Of a stretch of 64,000 nucleotides of DNA, positions 63,156 to 64,000 are shown piece by piece; within the stretch, counting starts at the first letter, position 1, and each line of letters opens with the position of its first letter. Under the pieces are notes generated by a model. The model did not search any database. It saw nothing but the letters and a program-made list of their open reading frames with translations, and was not told the origin of the DNA. Source of the stretch: Octopus bimaculoides (lineage: Eukaryota); contig NC_068985.1 of NCBI RefSeq assembly GCF_001194135.2, positions 120,079,785-120,143,784 of the forward strand, given 5' to 3'. The position numbers were made by a program, and so were the translations under genes.

Positions 63156-63415
63156 ACAGGCGTCTAAATAGCAAAAGATGTTTAGTCTCACAATACAGAA
63201 ATTTCTATTATATTCCAGCAGCATCTTTTCATTTAATAACTAATTTAACGAGTTTTAGAATCTTGTCTTATGATGGTAGCGTTACATCGACGACAACGTC
63301 ATATGACGTTGTTTCCAGTAATGAATAAACACAATGAAAGTGTAATAAACTGATAGAATACCTTATTTACATTATATACATTTAATGGATATTTGTCCTC
63401 ATCTTGTTTGTTGTT

Positions 63416-63461
63416 AACACAACATTTCGGCTGATATACCCTCCAGACTTCATCAGGTATC
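63416..63461 (-). ncRNA. Minimal type-I hammerhead-like motif with canonical CUGAUGA core
   Basis: Minus strand reads GATAC CTGATGA A GTCTG gagggtatat CAGCC GAAA TG TT GTGTT. Confidence 0.62.
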
Positions 63462-63508
63462 TTGGGTAAATTTCGAACCTGGGTTCTCATTCCTTAGGTA
63501 TATTTCGA

Positions 63509-63510
<2 letters not shown>

Positions 63511-63590
<80 letters not shown>
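63511..63590. repeat. (TTA)n array at the 3' end of a Dong-like LINE
   Basis: Direct reading. Confidence 0.97.
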
Positions 63591-63593
<3 letters not shown>

Positions 63594-64000
63594 TAGTTTT
63601 ATTTTTATAACGTGCCTTCACTTCACTACCGAGCGCAGCTCTTTGTGCCTTGGGCATGTGCTGTGCTTTGTTCTGATGCTCTTATAGTTACTGTATTGAA
63701 AGTGTTTTGCGTAGGATGTGTGCAGTGCCTAGTAGTGCAATTTTCTGTAGGTTATATATATTTGTAAGTCCTGCTATTTTTGTTATGTATTTGTCTGAAT
63801 ATTTTTTTATTATACCTAAGGCACCTACTATGATAGGAATTGTTTCTGTTTTTAGATTCCACATTCGAGTTACCTCTATTTCCAGGTCTTTGTATTTTGA
63901 AAGTTTCTCCATTTCTTCTAGAGAAACGTTGTCATCTGCTGGTATTGATACATCAATTAGAAAGCATGTTTTTCCTTCATGATCTTTGACAATTATATCT
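63591..64000 (-). mobile_element. 3' end of a third R4/Dong-like LINE; runs off the window
   Basis: Uninterrupted frame DIIVKDHEGKTCFLIDVSIPADDNVSLEEMEKLSKYKDLEIEVTRMWNLKTETIPIIVGALGII...LQKIALLGTAHILRKTLSIQ*, then a short 3' UTR, then (TAA)n. Confidence 0.92.

Noticed and set aside
1-64000. CRISPR arrays, rRNA or true tRNA genes
   Set aside because: No repeat-spacer arrays seen. The tRNA-like boxes all belong to SINE heads and do not form full cloverleaves.

Overview
AT-rich eukaryotic non-coding DNA. The microsatellite load and SINE families point to an octopus (coleoid cephalopod) draft assembly; this is an inference. About 21 N-gaps total roughly 9 kb, and most are bordered by (TA)n, (TG)n or (CA)n. 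I found no host protein-coding exon I can support: nearly all long ORFs in the track come from microsatellites or N-runs. The window is a dense transposable-element graveyard. It holds four tRNA-type SINE families, three mariner (DD34D-type) copies plus a mariner-type MITE, and several 5'-truncated R4/Dong-like RLE LINEs, most next to (TAA)n-type repeats. It also holds one RTE LINE, several Penelope-like element (PLE) remnants and a candidate 174-bp solo LTR. The most interesting signals are: (1) at least four distinct minimal type-I hammerhead-ribozyme-like motifs in PLE-type terminal repeats, two with core variants shared across copies and one with a long helix II insert; (2) many foldback structures, including a 114-bp near-perfect hairpin and a 229-bp inverted duplication of a SINE plus its flank; (3) a modular SINE that carries an internal microsatellite. 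All alignments, folds and identities were done by eye and are approximate.
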